Assembly: GCA_963845085.1 (NCBI GenBank)
Contig: CAWJQI010000001.1
Span: 288,001-352,000 of the forward strand
Length of the DNA stretch: 64,000 nucleotides
Direction: 5' to 3'
Source of the DNA: Candidatus Fermentibacterota bacterium
GTDB taxonomy: Bacteria > Fermentibacterota > Fermentibacteria > Fermentibacterales > JCC-6
Within the stretch, counting starts at the first letter, position 1. Every line of letters begins with the position of its first letter. The position numbers were made by a program, and so were the translations under genes. Positions 51,886 through 61,700 of this stretch are shown here, piece by piece. A model generated the notes under the pieces. The model was not told where the DNA came from. It did no database searches and saw only the letters and a program-made list of their open reading frames with translations.

Positions 51886-53715
51886 TCAGTTGATGACTGT
51901 CAGCCTCTGGGCCGCCATGCCTTCAGGTCCGCTCATGACCACGGAGTAAACACCCGCAGGCAGGCTGCCCACCACTGCTGAGTAGGTTCCGGCGGCAAGC
52001 TCGCCGTTCTGCAGTATGCTGACCGCTCTGCCGGCTGTGTCGAAAAGCGTGACCGAAACGTTGCCTCCCACGGGAACGTTCCAGGAGACTGTGAACGCAC
52101 CGCTGGCAGGGTTGCCCTGCGGCAGCCAGATCTGCCTGTTGTCGCCGACACCCGAGTAACCCTCACCGATGCTGTAGGGATCCCACACCACCGAAATGTC
52201 CTTCAGGGAAGGCGTAACGTTGGGGTTGGAGGTGTGCAGCTGGGCCTGGTACTGAATGTAGCGGCCACCCTGTGCGACAAGCTGCGCAAGGCTGCCCGGG
52301 GATGTGATCCAGGCGCTCCAGTTTCCCATGTTGGTGTAGTTGTATGAGGTTCTCAGTCTGATGTTTATACCCGTGCCGCTCGGAACCGTCATGCTCCAGT
52401 GGACGTAGTCCCACCTGTTGTTGCCCGGAACCGGCGGATTCACATCAAGGATCGAGGAAGTGAGGATGGCGGGCGTGTTGAAGCCGCCGATCCTCCACCA
52501 GCTGATCTTGTTGCCTGTTTCGGCGCAGCCGATAACGTCGGGAACGTTGTCACCGTTCAGGTCGCCGGTGGAGACGCCCCTCGCCCCGGCAAAGTAGGTG
52601 GAGACGTCGTACCTCACCCAGGGCTGGCTGAGCTTGATGAAGTTCTTGAACCAGTAAATGCGATTGGCATCACGGCAGGCGACGATGATGTCGGGCGATG
52701 CGTCGCCGTCCATGTCGGCCGCCTCGATGGATCGAAGACCCGGGGCCGTTCCGTCGACCGTGTTCATCGTCCAGCTTGTACCGCTGACCCAGTTGTACCA
52801 GCGGAGGCTTCCGCTGCCCGAACCGCTGCCGACAACGATGTCGAGCTTGCCGTCGTCGTTGATATCGGAGAGGGCGACGGACCTTGCGCCTGCGAATGTT
52901 CCGACCTCATGCTGCCCCCAGCTGAACCCGTACGGGTTCTGGGAGAAGTACGCGACCACCCTGCCCGTGCTGAGGCTTACCGCGGCCACATCGGGATGGC
53001 CGTCGTTGTTGAGGTCGCCGACCGCGCAGGCGTATCCGCCGAGGAGAGCGCCGTCGATGTAGTTGATCGTCCAGGTGTTGCCGGAGTTGGTGTTTCTCCA
53101 CCAGACCACGTCGCCGCTTTCGTAGGAGACGCCGACCACGTCCTGATTGCCGTCGCCGTCGACGTCGCTGCAAATCACCTGGCGTGCGTCGAAGTTCTGC
53201 ATGACCGTGATGGGCATCGACCATGCACCGCCCCCGCCGTTGTTCCTGAACCAGACCACCTTGTTCTGGTCGGCGCTGGAGGCTGCAATGTCACGATAGC
53301 CGTCGTTGTTGATGTCGCCGACGGCGATGAACTGGGCCTGGCTCAGCGTGCCCACGTTGTTGGTCGTCCAGGTGGTTCCCAGCCCGTTCGAGTTCCGGGA
53401 CCAGTAAACGGCACCGGTTCCGTAGCTGCAGTACGCAACGTCACGGTCGCCGTCGATGTCCATGTCGACGGACACCACGTAGTACGGCGTGGTGATGGGA
53501 GATGCGATGGTATTCTCGCCGCGGTTGACGATAAGCTTGAGCTGACCGGGTTCGGTGTCCCAGTCCATTGCGTCTGCGATAAAGAATGTGTCTCCCCAGG
53601 TTGCCGCGGGGCCGTATACACCGGGACCCCCGCTCCAGTCGGTCTGGGTGGCGCTTTCAGCAAGCGCCATTGGGGCAAGTGCAAGAATGACAATAAGGAA
53701 TATGAATCTATTCAT
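51886..53715 (-). CDS. FG-GAP/VCBS-repeat exported protein with T9SS-type CTD (paralogue B)
   Basis: Same architecture and collinear with paralogue A; ATG 53715 follows GGAGG. Confidence 0.9.
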   Translation of the reverse strand: MNRFIFLIVILALAPMALAESATQTDWSGGPGVYGPAATWGDTFFIADAMDWDTEPGQLKLIVNRGENTIASPITTPYYVVSVDMDIDGDRDVAYCSYGTGAVYWSRNSNGLGTTWTTNNVGTLSQAQFIAVGDINNDGYRDIAASSADQNKVVWFRNNGGGGAWSMPITVMQNFDARQVICSDVDGDGNQDVVGVSYESGDVVWWRNTNSGNTWTINYIDGALLGGYACAVGDLNNDGHPDVAAVSLSTGRVVAYFSQNPYGFSWGQHEVGTFAGARSVALSDINDDGKLDIVVGSGSGSGSLRWYNWVSGTSWTMNTVDGTAPGLRSIEAADMDGDASPDIIVACRDANRIYWFKNFIKLSQPWVRYDVSTYFAGARGVSTGDLNGDNVPDVIGCAETGNKISWWRIGGFNTPAILTSSILDVNPPVPGNNRWDYVHWSMTVPSGTGINIRLRTSYNYTNMGNWSAWITSPGSLAQLVAQGGRYIQYQAQLHTSNPNVTPSLKDISVVWDPYSIGEGYSGVGDNRQIWLPQGNPASGAFTVSWNVPVGGNVSVTLFDTAGRAVSILQNGELAAGTYSAVVGSLPAGVYSVVMSGPEGMAAQRLTVIN

Positions 53716-53769
53716 CCCGGAATCCCTCCCGCATCTTGAGTAAACCACTACGGAAAACAACTAACCTTT

Positions 53770-54342
53770 TTATGGAACAGTGTCAATACCCATCCGGACA
53801 TACTTTTGACGCCCTGAAAGGTACCTGTCCCGCTCGCTGAAGACGCATCCGCAATACGGTTGCCGGTACAACTCGAGGGCGCGCGAGATGTCGATTGAAT
53901 CCCTGTAACGGCGCCGGCAATCAAGGTATGCGAACTTCACTCCGAAGCGCCCCTCCGCCTCCCCTCCGGCTTGAATGATGTACTCATGATTCTGATAGGG
54001 GCTTACCGACAAAGTTGTTCCAAAGAACCCGCACCCGTTCGCGGCAGCAATTTCGGCGGCAGCCGAGAGCCTTTGTCTTGCGCACCCGAGACATCGCGGA
54101 CTGGAGGCGAGAAGCATGGTCACATTTGCCTCAAGGGGATAGTCCCTGTCCACGATGAGCGGAAACCCGGCCGAGGCTGCCCATTTCTCGATTGTCTCGA
54201 GCCTGCGAACGAACTCCCTGTAAGGATGGATGTTGGGATTGTGGAAATAAAGGACCGGCTCAAACCCGGCCTTTGCATACTCCTCCACCGTCACCGTTGC
54301 GCACGGGGCGCAGCAAGCGTGGAGAAGTATCCTCGTGCTCAC
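53770..54342 (-). CDS. queH: Epoxyqueuosine reductase QueH
   Basis: LLHACCAPC, NPNIHP, RCLGC, TTLSVSP, YRQPYCGCVFS. Confidence 0.93.
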   Translation of the reverse strand: MSTRILLHACCAPCATVTVEEYAKAGFEPVLYFHNPNIHPYREFVRRLETIEKWAASAGFPLIVDRDYPLEANVTMLLASSPRCLGCARQRLSAAAEIAAANGCGFFGTTLSVSPYQNHEYIIQAGGEAEGRFGVKFAYLDCRRRYRDSIDISRALELYRQPYCGCVFSERDRYLSGRQKYVRMGIDTVP

Positions 54343-55355
54343 AATGGAAGCTGTTCCCCGGACGGGCCGGGAAAGCCGAGATGCCTGCAGGCCTTGAGCG
54401 TTGCAACCCTGCCCCTGCTGGTACGGTTTACGAAACCTTCGGCGAGAAGGAAGGGCTCCACCATGTCAATCAGGGTGTCCCTCTCCTCGTTGAGTGTGGC
54501 GGCGATTGCGCTGACCCCCACGGGACCTCCGTTGTACTGCCGGATTACCGCGAGGAGGTATTTCCTGTCGAGCGGGTCAAGTCCGGCTTCGTCAACGCCG
54601 TTCAGGTCCATCGCCTCGAGGCTGGTCATCTCGTCGACCAGGCTCCTGCGGGAAACCTGGGCATAGTCGCGTATCCGTCGGAGAAGCCTGTTGGCGATCC
54701 TGGGGGTTCCGCGCGACCTCATCGCGATGGTCCTCGTTGCTTCGGGAGCCAGAGGTATGCCGAGAATGACCGCGGACCTCTCAACGATCCTGGAAAGCTC
54801 ATCAACCCCGTAGAACTCGAGGTGGAGGGACAGGCCGAACCGGTCCCGGAGCGGGCCGGTGAGCAGCCCGGCTCTGGTCGTGGCTCCGACCACGGTGAAC
54901 CTTGCGAGTTCGAGCCTGACAGACCTGGCGTGCGGCCCGGGCTCGATCACGAAATCAATGCCGAAATCCTCCATCCCCGGGTAAAGGTACTCCTCCACGA
55001 TCCTCGGAAGCCTGTGAATCTCGTCGATGAAAAGGATGGTTCCGGGCCGAAGATTGGTAAGGATGCCCACCAGATCGGCCGCCCGTTCGAGTGCGGGTCC
55101 GGAGGTGACCACTATTTCGCAGTTCATCTCCGCGGCGATGATATGGGCCATTGTGGTCTTTCCCAGCCCGGGGGGCCCGTGAAGGAGAATGTGATCGAGG
55201 GGCTCGTTCCGCTCGAGTGCGGCCTGCACGGCTATCCTGAGGTTGTCCACCACCATGCCCTGCCCCACGTAATCGTCGAACCGCAGCGGTCTGAGGCTCG
55301 CGAACTCCCTTTCCTCGCCGGGGGCCGCATCCCCCGTCACGATGGATTCCCTCAT
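54339..55355 (-). CDS. ruvB: Holliday junction helicase RuvB
   Basis: LRP..FDDYVGQ, GPPGLGKTT, FIDEIHRL, RGTPRIANRLL. Confidence 0.99.
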   Translation of the reverse strand: MRESIVTGDAAPGEEREFASLRPLRFDDYVGQGMVVDNLRIAVQAALERNEPLDHILLHGPPGLGKTTMAHIIAAEMNCEIVVTSGPALERAADLVGILTNLRPGTILFIDEIHRLPRIVEEYLYPGMEDFGIDFVIEPGPHARSVRLELARFTVVGATTRAGLLTGPLRDRFGLSLHLEFYGVDELSRIVERSAVILGIPLAPEATRTIAMRSRGTPRIANRLLRRIRDYAQVSRRSLVDEMTSLEAMDLNGVDEAGLDPLDRKYLLAVIRQYNGGPVGVSAIAATLNEERDTLIDMVEPFLLAEGFVNRTSRGRVATLKACRHLGFPGPSGEQLPL

Positions 55356-55951
55356 GATCCGCTCCTGATCCTCATGGCCGTCCTGATGATCTCCTGTGTT
55401 CCCGCGGCTTCGGAGGTATGCTCCACTGCCCTGGCGACAAGGTTGGCCGCCTGTTCCCCGGGAATACCGAGCTGCTTCAGCACGAGAAGGGCTTCAGCCC
55501 TGTTTCTGCCGCATGCCGAATCCCCGCTGAAGTCGGTCGATGACGCCGACATTGTGTCCTGAAGCTTTGCAATGATCTGTTTGGCTCTCGCCGCACCGAT
55601 GCCGGGAAGCGCCTTGAGAAAGTTCATGTCACCCCTCGCGATGGCCGCGGCAACGGTTCGCGGAGGCTGGCAGAGAGCCTTGGCCGCGGCTCTCGCCCCA
55701 ACTCCGGAAACGGAAATGAAGCTTCTGAAAAAGGTCCTGTCCGCAACACATGGAAACGCAACAGCCATGGGTACGGTTCTGGCGCCCTCGTTCACGAATT
55801 GGAAGTGGGTGAAGACCTCGATGCTGTCACCGCTTCTGAGCTCCGGCAGGAAATACGCCGGGACAAGGAATTCAAGGGTGAGAGGGCCGACACTGAGCAG
55901 CAGAACTCCATCCTCGGTTGACTCGACGGTTCCGCGAACAGCGTCAAGCAT
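55352..55951 (-). CDS. ruvA: Holliday junction DNA-binding protein RuvA
   Basis: VSGVGARAA, LPGIGAARAKQI; between ruvC and ruvB. Confidence 0.93.
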   Translation of the reverse strand: MLDAVRGTVESTEDGVLLLSVGPLTLEFLVPAYFLPELRSGDSIEVFTHFQFVNEGARTVPMAVAFPCVADRTFFRSFISVSGVGARAAAKALCQPPRTVAAAIARGDMNFLKALPGIGAARAKQIIAKLQDTMSASSTDFSGDSACGRNRAEALLVLKQLGIPGEQAANLVARAVEHTSEAAGTQEIIRTAMRIRSGS

Positions 55952-56435
55952 CGGAACTCTCCTCACAGTAAGCAATTGCCGCGGCGAGCGCATCGCTGAC
56001 ATCCATGGGGCTCAGCGGGCCGGTGATCCCGAGAAGTCTGCAGACCATGCCGTTGACCTGTTCCTTCCCGGCCCTTCCCCTGCCTGTAACGGCCTTCTTT
56101 ATATGGGTGGAGGGGATGGACTCGACCGGAATGTCCCGCTGGGAGGCGGCAAGGCACAGAACTCCGCGCGCATGGGCCATGATTATGGCAGTCCGGGGGT
56201 GCCTGTAATGGCTGTACACCTCTTCAATGGCCATGGCATGGGGCCTGTGCGCATCCATCACCTCCCCGATGTCCTGGTGAAGTTCGCGAAGGCGCATCGG
56301 TAAAGTGCCCCCCGCAGCCGGCCTCACCACTCCTGCGTCGATGAGCCTGAGAACACCCCCGGTCACGGACACCACGCCGTAGCCTGTGATGTTGAGGCCG
56401 GGGTCCACTCCCAGGACAATGGTCTCACGGGGCAA
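55944..56435 (-). CDS. ruvC: Holliday junction resolvase RuvC
   Basis: LGVDPG..TGYG, ARGV, KKAVTG.G.A.KEQV, DVSDALA. Confidence 0.97.
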   Translation of the reverse strand: MPRETIVLGVDPGLNITGYGVVSVTGGVLRLIDAGVVRPAAGGTLPMRLRELHQDIGEVMDAHRPHAMAIEEVYSHYRHPRTAIIMAHARGVLCLAASQRDIPVESIPSTHIKKAVTGRGRAGKEQVNGMVCRLLGITGPLSPMDVSDALAAAIAYCEESSDA

Positions 56436-57161
56436 TCAGTCCGCCTGGTCGAAGTTCGAGTACACGGCCTGGATGTCCTCGTTCTCTTCAAGGGCGTTGA
56501 GCAGCCTTACGTTCTGCTCCGCCTCGCGCCCCGAAAGAGTGACGGTGTTCGAGGGCACCTTGACTATCTCGGCTGAATCGACCTTGATGCCGGCCTTCTC
56601 AAGCGCATCCTTCACGCTGAACACGTCTTCCGGGGCGGTGGAGAGAACGAGCAGACCCTCTTCAAGGTACACGTCCTCGAGCCCGGCTTCCATGCCGGCC
56701 TCCATCACCTGCTCTTCTGTGCACGCCGAGGCATCAACGGTCAGCTGCCCCTGCTTCGTGAAGAGGTAGGAAACGCTGTTCCTCGAGCCGAGGCTGCCGC
56801 CGCCCTTTGAAAGCGTGTGCCTGACCTCGGCGGCCGAGCGGTTGCGGTTGTCGGTGAGCACCTCGATGAGGATGGCAACTCCTCCCGGACCGTACGCCTC
56901 GTAGGTGATCTCCTCGTAGGTGATCCCCTCAAGCTCGCCCGTGCCTCTCTTGATCGCCCTGTCGATGTTGTCGTTCGGCATGTTCTGGCTCTTCGCGGTA
57001 TCGATGGCCACCCGAAGCCTGGGGTTCATGTCGGCGTCGCCGCCGCCTTCGCGGGCCGCGACCGATATTTCCTTGACGAGACGGCTGAAGATCTTGCCCC
57101 TCTCGGCGTCGGCCTTGCCCTTTTTGTGCTTTATGGTGCTCCATTTATTGTGACCGGACAT
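56436..57161 (-). CDS. yebC: YebC/PmpR family protein
   Basis: MSGHNKWSTIKHKK, YEAYGPGG, TDNRNR, VYSN. Confidence 0.97.
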   Translation of the reverse strand: MSGHNKWSTIKHKKGKADAERGKIFSRLVKEISVAAREGGGDADMNPRLRVAIDTAKSQNMPNDNIDRAIKRGTGELEGITYEEITYEAYGPGGVAILIEVLTDNRNRSAAEVRHTLSKGGGSLGSRNSVSYLFTKQGQLTVDASACTEEQVMEAGMEAGLEDVYLEEGLLVLSTAPEDVFSVKDALEKAGIKVDSAEIVKVPSNTVTLSGREAEQNVRLLNALEENEDIQAVYSNFDQAD

Positions 57162-57199
57162 TCTCTCTCCTCTGCGTGAATCGTTTCTTCATTCCGTTG

Positions 57200-57228
57200 A
57201 TTGTAGAAATATGAAAGCCCCGGGTCAA
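57200..57228 (-). promoter_or_regulatory. Promoter of yebC-ruvCAB-queH
   Basis: TTGACC-17-TACAAT. Confidence 0.7.
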
Positions 57229-57917
57229 CGGGGCGACCCTTCATGGAACGCAAGTATTCTATCAAGGTCCGGCATGTTCCTCTTGAAGAAGGAGAGCCCG
57301 GACCACGGCAGCTGAACCATCTCATCCTTTACGACCGCCGGAAGAACCAGCAGGGTCGTTGACCCGACGTCGACGGAAAGCTTCAGGTCTGCAAGCCAGT
57401 CCTCCGAGGAGGCCTCCTGGCCTGTCGCCACGCCCCTGGCAAGTTCGGCGGCCTCACCCGGATCGGAGAAAACCCCCGCCAGGCGCGGCCATCCGCCCGC
57501 CGTCTCCCCCGGAAATGTTTCCTGCAGGGCGCTCAGTTTTACTCCCAGTTCAAAAACACCGTTCAATGCGAAGGCTGGGATCACAAGCCTGCGCACGCCG
57601 GATGCTCCTCCCGTCTCACGAAGGCCGGGTTCCGACCGGGGTGAGAACACCCTTCCCCGCTGCACGGGAACATGATGGACCCCGCGCCTCGTTATACGGC
57701 TCTCCACCTTCACCATCGCCTCGACAAGCCAGAACGGCAGCGGGATGGACCCGTCGCCCGATGTTGCCCTGACGGATACGGGAAGCCTCGTAAGGCCTCC
57801 GGTTCCTATCCCCCAGCCGCTTCCGCACTCACTGCAGAGAAAGGCGGAATCGGTCGACAGCCCGAAGAGCGGGCTTCTGCAGTTGCCGCATGCCAGAACG
57901 GTGACCGCTTCAGCCAT
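57225..57917 (-). CDS. Zinc-ribbon hypothetical protein (third of three)
   Basis: CGNC...CSEC, LPFWLV, VIPAF. Confidence 0.75.
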   Translation of the reverse strand: MAEAVTVLACGNCRSPLFGLSTDSAFLCSECGSGWGIGTGGLTRLPVSVRATSGDGSIPLPFWLVEAMVKVESRITRRGVHHVPVQRGRVFSPRSEPGLRETGGASGVRRLVIPAFALNGVFELGVKLSALQETFPGETAGGWPRLAGVFSDPGEAAELARGVATGQEASSEDWLADLKLSVDVGSTTLLVLPAVVKDEMVQLPWSGLSFFKRNMPDLDRILAFHEGSPR

Positions 57918-58944
57918 TTCCCACTCCCGCCGATCCCCTCCCACGCAGTCTGAGCATGCCGAAAAACATTGATGTCAGGATGAATGCAGCGACCACGATC
58001 ATGAACCTCAACACCGGTGATCCTGCAACAAGACCGTGCAGAACGGGCGGGATCAGAGATGCCGTCAGTGCACCGAAAGCGGTGAATAGCATTCTCGTCC
58101 TCCCGGGATCGACAGGAAAACGGCCACTCAGTACTGTGCCCGTCCTGCCGTCGACAACTGCGCCATACCGTCTGTCAAAGGCTTTGAAATCAACGATCCA
58201 GAGCGGGTAGTATACCAGCCTTTCCCGCCTCCCGGTTACGGCAAGGTGGAGCGACCGCTGTTCAAGATCGGGCCCCGCGCCGTGGCAGAACCTGTCCACG
58301 ATGCGTGACGCCTCTTCCCTGGCTTCCTCAAGCCCGACGACCGGATCCACAACGATCCCTTCGGGGGGGTTGCCCGAATCGAAGACCCGCAGGTCATCGG
58401 GCAGACGCCCCCTGCCAAGCTCCATGCCATCCAGCGCCAGCTGGGTCTGCTCACCAAGAGATGGGATACCGAGCGGCTCAAGCCTGGCTCCGCTGATGAT
58501 CATGTCGAGGTTGAGCCCCACCCGTTGCTCGACCGCCTCGGAGCCTGTGCGCTGCCTCACCATCTTCGTGGTGATCATGGGCTGGCCGCCCTTGCCTGAA
58601 GGCTCTGCCTCGGTCTCGATCTCCCGTTCGCTGAAGATGCCCCTCGTCCCGAGCACAAAGCCGTCCACCCGGCACGTGATGCTCCAGAACGGCACATGGT
58701 ACAATCTTGCCACGGTGACGGACGAGCCCTCGGGCAGTGAATCCGCACGCTTTCTGACACCCTCCCTCACGGCCCTCACCGCCCCGGTCGAGCCGATCCT
58801 GTCCCCGGACATGAACCTCCGAACGCCCCAGGGCAGCAGAAGGCGGCTCCCGCAATGACGGCAGACAGTGTTCGTGTCACCGTCGGACACCGAGAGCAGC
58901 CCCGCGCAGCTCGGGCATGACAGCGTCAGGAGAAAACCGCTCAT
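57910..58944 (-). CDS. Zinc-ribbon membrane protein, YdjG-like (second of three)
   Basis: CPSC...CRHC, HVPFW, LVYYPLWIV...VVDGRTG, two C-terminal TMs. Confidence 0.78.
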   Translation of the reverse strand: MSGFLLTLSCPSCAGLLSVSDGDTNTVCRHCGSRLLLPWGVRRFMSGDRIGSTGAVRAVREGVRKRADSLPEGSSVTVARLYHVPFWSITCRVDGFVLGTRGIFSEREIETEAEPSGKGGQPMITTKMVRQRTGSEAVEQRVGLNLDMIISGARLEPLGIPSLGEQTQLALDGMELGRGRLPDDLRVFDSGNPPEGIVVDPVVGLEEAREEASRIVDRFCHGAGPDLEQRSLHLAVTGRRERLVYYPLWIVDFKAFDRRYGAVVDGRTGTVLSGRFPVDPGRTRMLFTAFGALTASLIPPVLHGLVAGSPVLRFMIVVAAFILTSMFFGMLRLRGRGSAGVGNG

Positions 58945-59582
58945 CGGCCGTGCCTCCTCTTGTAAAGGCGGTCAGCGACGAAATAGCCCGCAGGCGCTGA
59001 GAGAAGCACGGCAAGCACCGGGGAGAAGCGATGGAACACAAGGTACAGAAGCGCCGAGGGCACAACGGCAACGAGCAGGGAATCGAAGAAGACTCTGCGG
59101 GGCTCCTCCGCGGGTGGTGCGCCTACGGTCCCTTCCGCACCGACCACGCCGCCCGAAACACCGTCAAGAAGCAGGCCTTCACCCGTCGCACCCATGGTGA
59201 CGGCATAGAACGGGTGGTATACGAGCCTGCCGTCGGAGCGGTCCAGCGGAACGATTTCGCCGCCTGCTCCGGCTGATCCGGGCCAGGGTCTCAGATCGCC
59301 GGACGGCGGTTCGTAGGAATCGAGCGCCGGGTAGGGCTGGCTGAATGCCTTCACCAGCCTCGGACCCTCCAGCCTGAACGGAAACCACAATAAAGAGGGT
59401 GGAAGCACGGAGTTGCGGGGGAACAGCCTCACGACCTGCTCCGGGCTGATGGATGGCGGATGGTGAAAAACGCCGTCCTTCCAGGAAAAGCGTGACAGCG
59501 CACCGCACCAGTGGCATCTGGCAAGGGATTCCGGCCCTTTGATCGTCACTGTTCCGCCGCACTGGGTGCATTCGATCCTCAT
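58941..59582 (-). CDS. Zinc-ribbon membrane protein, YdjG-like (first of three)
   Basis: CTQC...CHWC, LWFPF, LVYHPFY...LLDGVSG, two C-terminal TMs. Confidence 0.75.
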   Translation of the reverse strand: MRIECTQCGGTVTIKGPESLARCHWCGALSRFSWKDGVFHHPPSISPEQVVRLFPRNSVLPPSLLWFPFRLEGPRLVKAFSQPYPALDSYEPPSGDLRPWPGSAGAGGEIVPLDRSDGRLVYHPFYAVTMGATGEGLLLDGVSGGVVGAEGTVGAPPAEEPRRVFFDSLLVAVVPSALLYLVFHRFSPVLAVLLSAPAGYFVADRLYKRRHGR

Positions 59583-60607
59583 CGAGGTCTCTGATCGCAA
59601 AGAGTTGTTCTGCAACGGAGAAGCTCAAGGTACCTCTCCATCCAGTCCCTCTTCCATTCCAGCAGGCGTTCCGATTCGGCCCTGATGTCGACACCCTCCA
59701 TCATCGCGAGGAGATCGTCTTCCGGTCTGGCGGAGATGGACCTGAAACCCCATCCGGTGAGCCCCCTGGCGCTGTGCTGCACAAGTATGCCGGGTATCCC
59801 GAGTGAGGCGGCCATGCCGGAACCGTGAACCCTGGGGCCGATCACGAAATCACATGCATCGTAGATACCCTCGTAATCCTCGGCAAGCGCGCTGTACCTG
59901 ATGTCGGCTCCCGGAAATGCCTGCAGGGCGGCCGTGAAGTCAGTTGCCGTATGGCATATCACCCGGCACGACCCATGCCTCTCCATGATCTTGCGGTACT
60001 GTCCGACCAGCTGCGCATGTGTCGCCGGGCTCACGCTGTTGAACCTCTGAGTGCAGTTCTGGAAGACAAGACCCACCACTCCGGGGCCTGTTCTGAGCCT
60101 GTTCGATTTCGCGGCGAACAGGGCCGTGCAGGGCAGGAGCTTCGGACCGTAGGCCCCGAGAGCCAGCCCAGCGTTCTCGTCACGCACCGTCACGAGCTCA
60201 CAGGTGCTCCCCAGCACCCTGCGCAGCAGTTCATGCGAATCGCCGTCCACGCTGAACGCGCCCCCCGATCCCGCTCCCACCGCGAGAAAGGCGCACGGCA
60301 CCGAGTTCTCGAGGACGAAGCGGAACAGGGCTTCCATTCTTCCTCCGATCCGCCATTCCGGAGAACCCGCGATGATCATGTAATCAACGGCCCCCGGGTC
60401 ATCCAGATAGAAGGAATTGTCGGAATGCCAGCTCCTTCTGAAGAGGATCCTCTTCGGAAGCCTGTTGGGGGTTATCATCGGGTGCCTGTTGTAAAGAAGG
60501 CGGTTGTACGAAAGTCCCATTGCGTCCAGAAGGTTCAGGACACCATAAAGGATGATCTCGTCGCCAGGGTTGAACTGCCTGGTGGCAGAGAACAGAATGT
60601 TTTTCAG
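59579..60607 (-). CDS. Polysaccharide pyruvyl transferase family protein
   Basis: NPGDEII (upstream of the first ATG), AVGAG, TVRDE, GPRVHG..A..LGIP. Start proposed at CTG 60607. Confidence 0.85.
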   Translation of the reverse strand: MKNILFSATRQFNPGDEIILYGVLNLLDAMGLSYNRLLYNRHPMITPNRLPKRILFRRSWHSDNSFYLDDPGAVDYMIIAGSPEWRIGGRMEALFRFVLENSVPCAFLAVGAGSGGAFSVDGDSHELLRRVLGSTCELVTVRDENAGLALGAYGPKLLPCTALFAAKSNRLRTGPGVVGLVFQNCTQRFNSVSPATHAQLVGQYRKIMERHGSCRVICHTATDFTAALQAFPGADIRYSALAEDYEGIYDACDFVIGPRVHGSGMAASLGIPGILVQHSARGLTGWGFRSISARPEDDLLAMMEGVDIRAESERLLEWKRDWMERYLELLRCRTTLCDQRPR

Positions 60608-61674
60608 AACCGATCCTCCAATGCTTCCGAAACGGCGTTCACCACTTCAGCGGGCCGGATGGAGTCCATCGTGCCGTCATTGGAAACCAGGCCGCGGAAA
60701 ACTGACCTGCACGGTTTCCAGAGAACAAGCTTCTCGTGCGAAATGTACATTGCGACAACGGGAACTCCAAGCGCGTCGGCTATATGGACCATTGCGGTGT
60801 CGGGCGTTACCAGAACGCTCATCCGTTTCATCACCGCGGCAACGTCGAGGATGTCCGGCGACGGTGCGGGAACCCTCACCCTGCCGTCCGGGAAAAGGTT
60901 TGCCAGCCTGTTCCCCCTGTCATCTCCCGGAGGGGCGAACAGGTACAGTGTCGACCCGGGAAAGCGTTCAAGAAGCAGTTTCAGGGTTTCCGCCCATCTC
61001 TCTGTGCTCCATTCCCTGCATGCGTCTCCGGCGGCGATGTTCACACCGATCGGAATGGCTGAGGGCGGGGTTCCCGAAATCACCCCAGCTGCCCGGGCAA
61101 GCCTTTCCTCTCCCGGGTAGACCGCCGGCGCAGTGTCACGCCCCGACAGGTCACCACCCAGATACTCGAAGACAGACAGAGTCTCCTCCTGCATAGTGCG
61201 CACCGCGCCACCCCAAATCCGGCGTCGGATGTTCACGTTGTAGAAATGGTCCAGTCCGTCTCCGGTGGCCACCCTGACCCGCACGGCCCTTCCGGGTGCG
61301 CCCAGCCTCGAGATGAGAGCTCCGGTGAATGAAGGGTAAAAGACAAGGTTGACGACGGCGTCGAACCTCTCGCGCCTGAGTTCCCGGATCAGCCCCGGCA
61401 GACCCAGCGGTTTCTTCTTCCGGAATACATGGACCCGTTCGACATTGGGGTCGTTACGGATAACGCCGCTGTTCGCGGGGGAGGCCAGCACATGTATCCT
61501 GATCCCGGGAAAGCTTTCCCTGACAAGGCGGAACAGGCCCGTGCTTATCACCATGTCGCCGAGTCTGTCGTAACGCAGAAAGAGAACCGACCCCGCAGTT
61601 GCAAGGTCGGCGCGGGGCATGGGCCTTGCGTTCACAAGAACACGAAGGATCCGGGCGAACAGCCCCTTCGACAC
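60604..61674 (-). CDS. GT9 (ADP-heptose:LPS heptosyltransferase-like) glycosyltransferase
   Basis: RYDRLGDMV, REW...W, VTPDTAMVHIADALGVPVV. Confidence 0.92.
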   Translation of the reverse strand: MSKGLFARILRVLVNARPMPRADLATAGSVLFLRYDRLGDMVISTGLFRLVRESFPGIRIHVLASPANSGVIRNDPNVERVHVFRKKKPLGLPGLIRELRRERFDAVVNLVFYPSFTGALISRLGAPGRAVRVRVATGDGLDHFYNVNIRRRIWGGAVRTMQEETLSVFEYLGGDLSGRDTAPAVYPGEERLARAAGVISGTPPSAIPIGVNIAAGDACREWSTERWAETLKLLLERFPGSTLYLFAPPGDDRGNRLANLFPDGRVRVPAPSPDILDVAAVMKRMSVLVTPDTAMVHIADALGVPVVAMYISHEKLVLWKPCRSVFRGLVSNDGTMDSIRPAEVVNAVSEALEDRF

Positions 61675-61700
61675 CTTTTCCAGCCCCTTGAGCGGTTTGC

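Noticed and set aside
49928..53715. Repeats as a CRISPR array or a diversity-generating retroelement TR/VR pair
   Set aside because: The repeats are coding FG-GAP units and a gene duplication. Differences in the segment compared are mostly synonymous, not adenine-specific, and no cas or reverse transcriptase gene is present.
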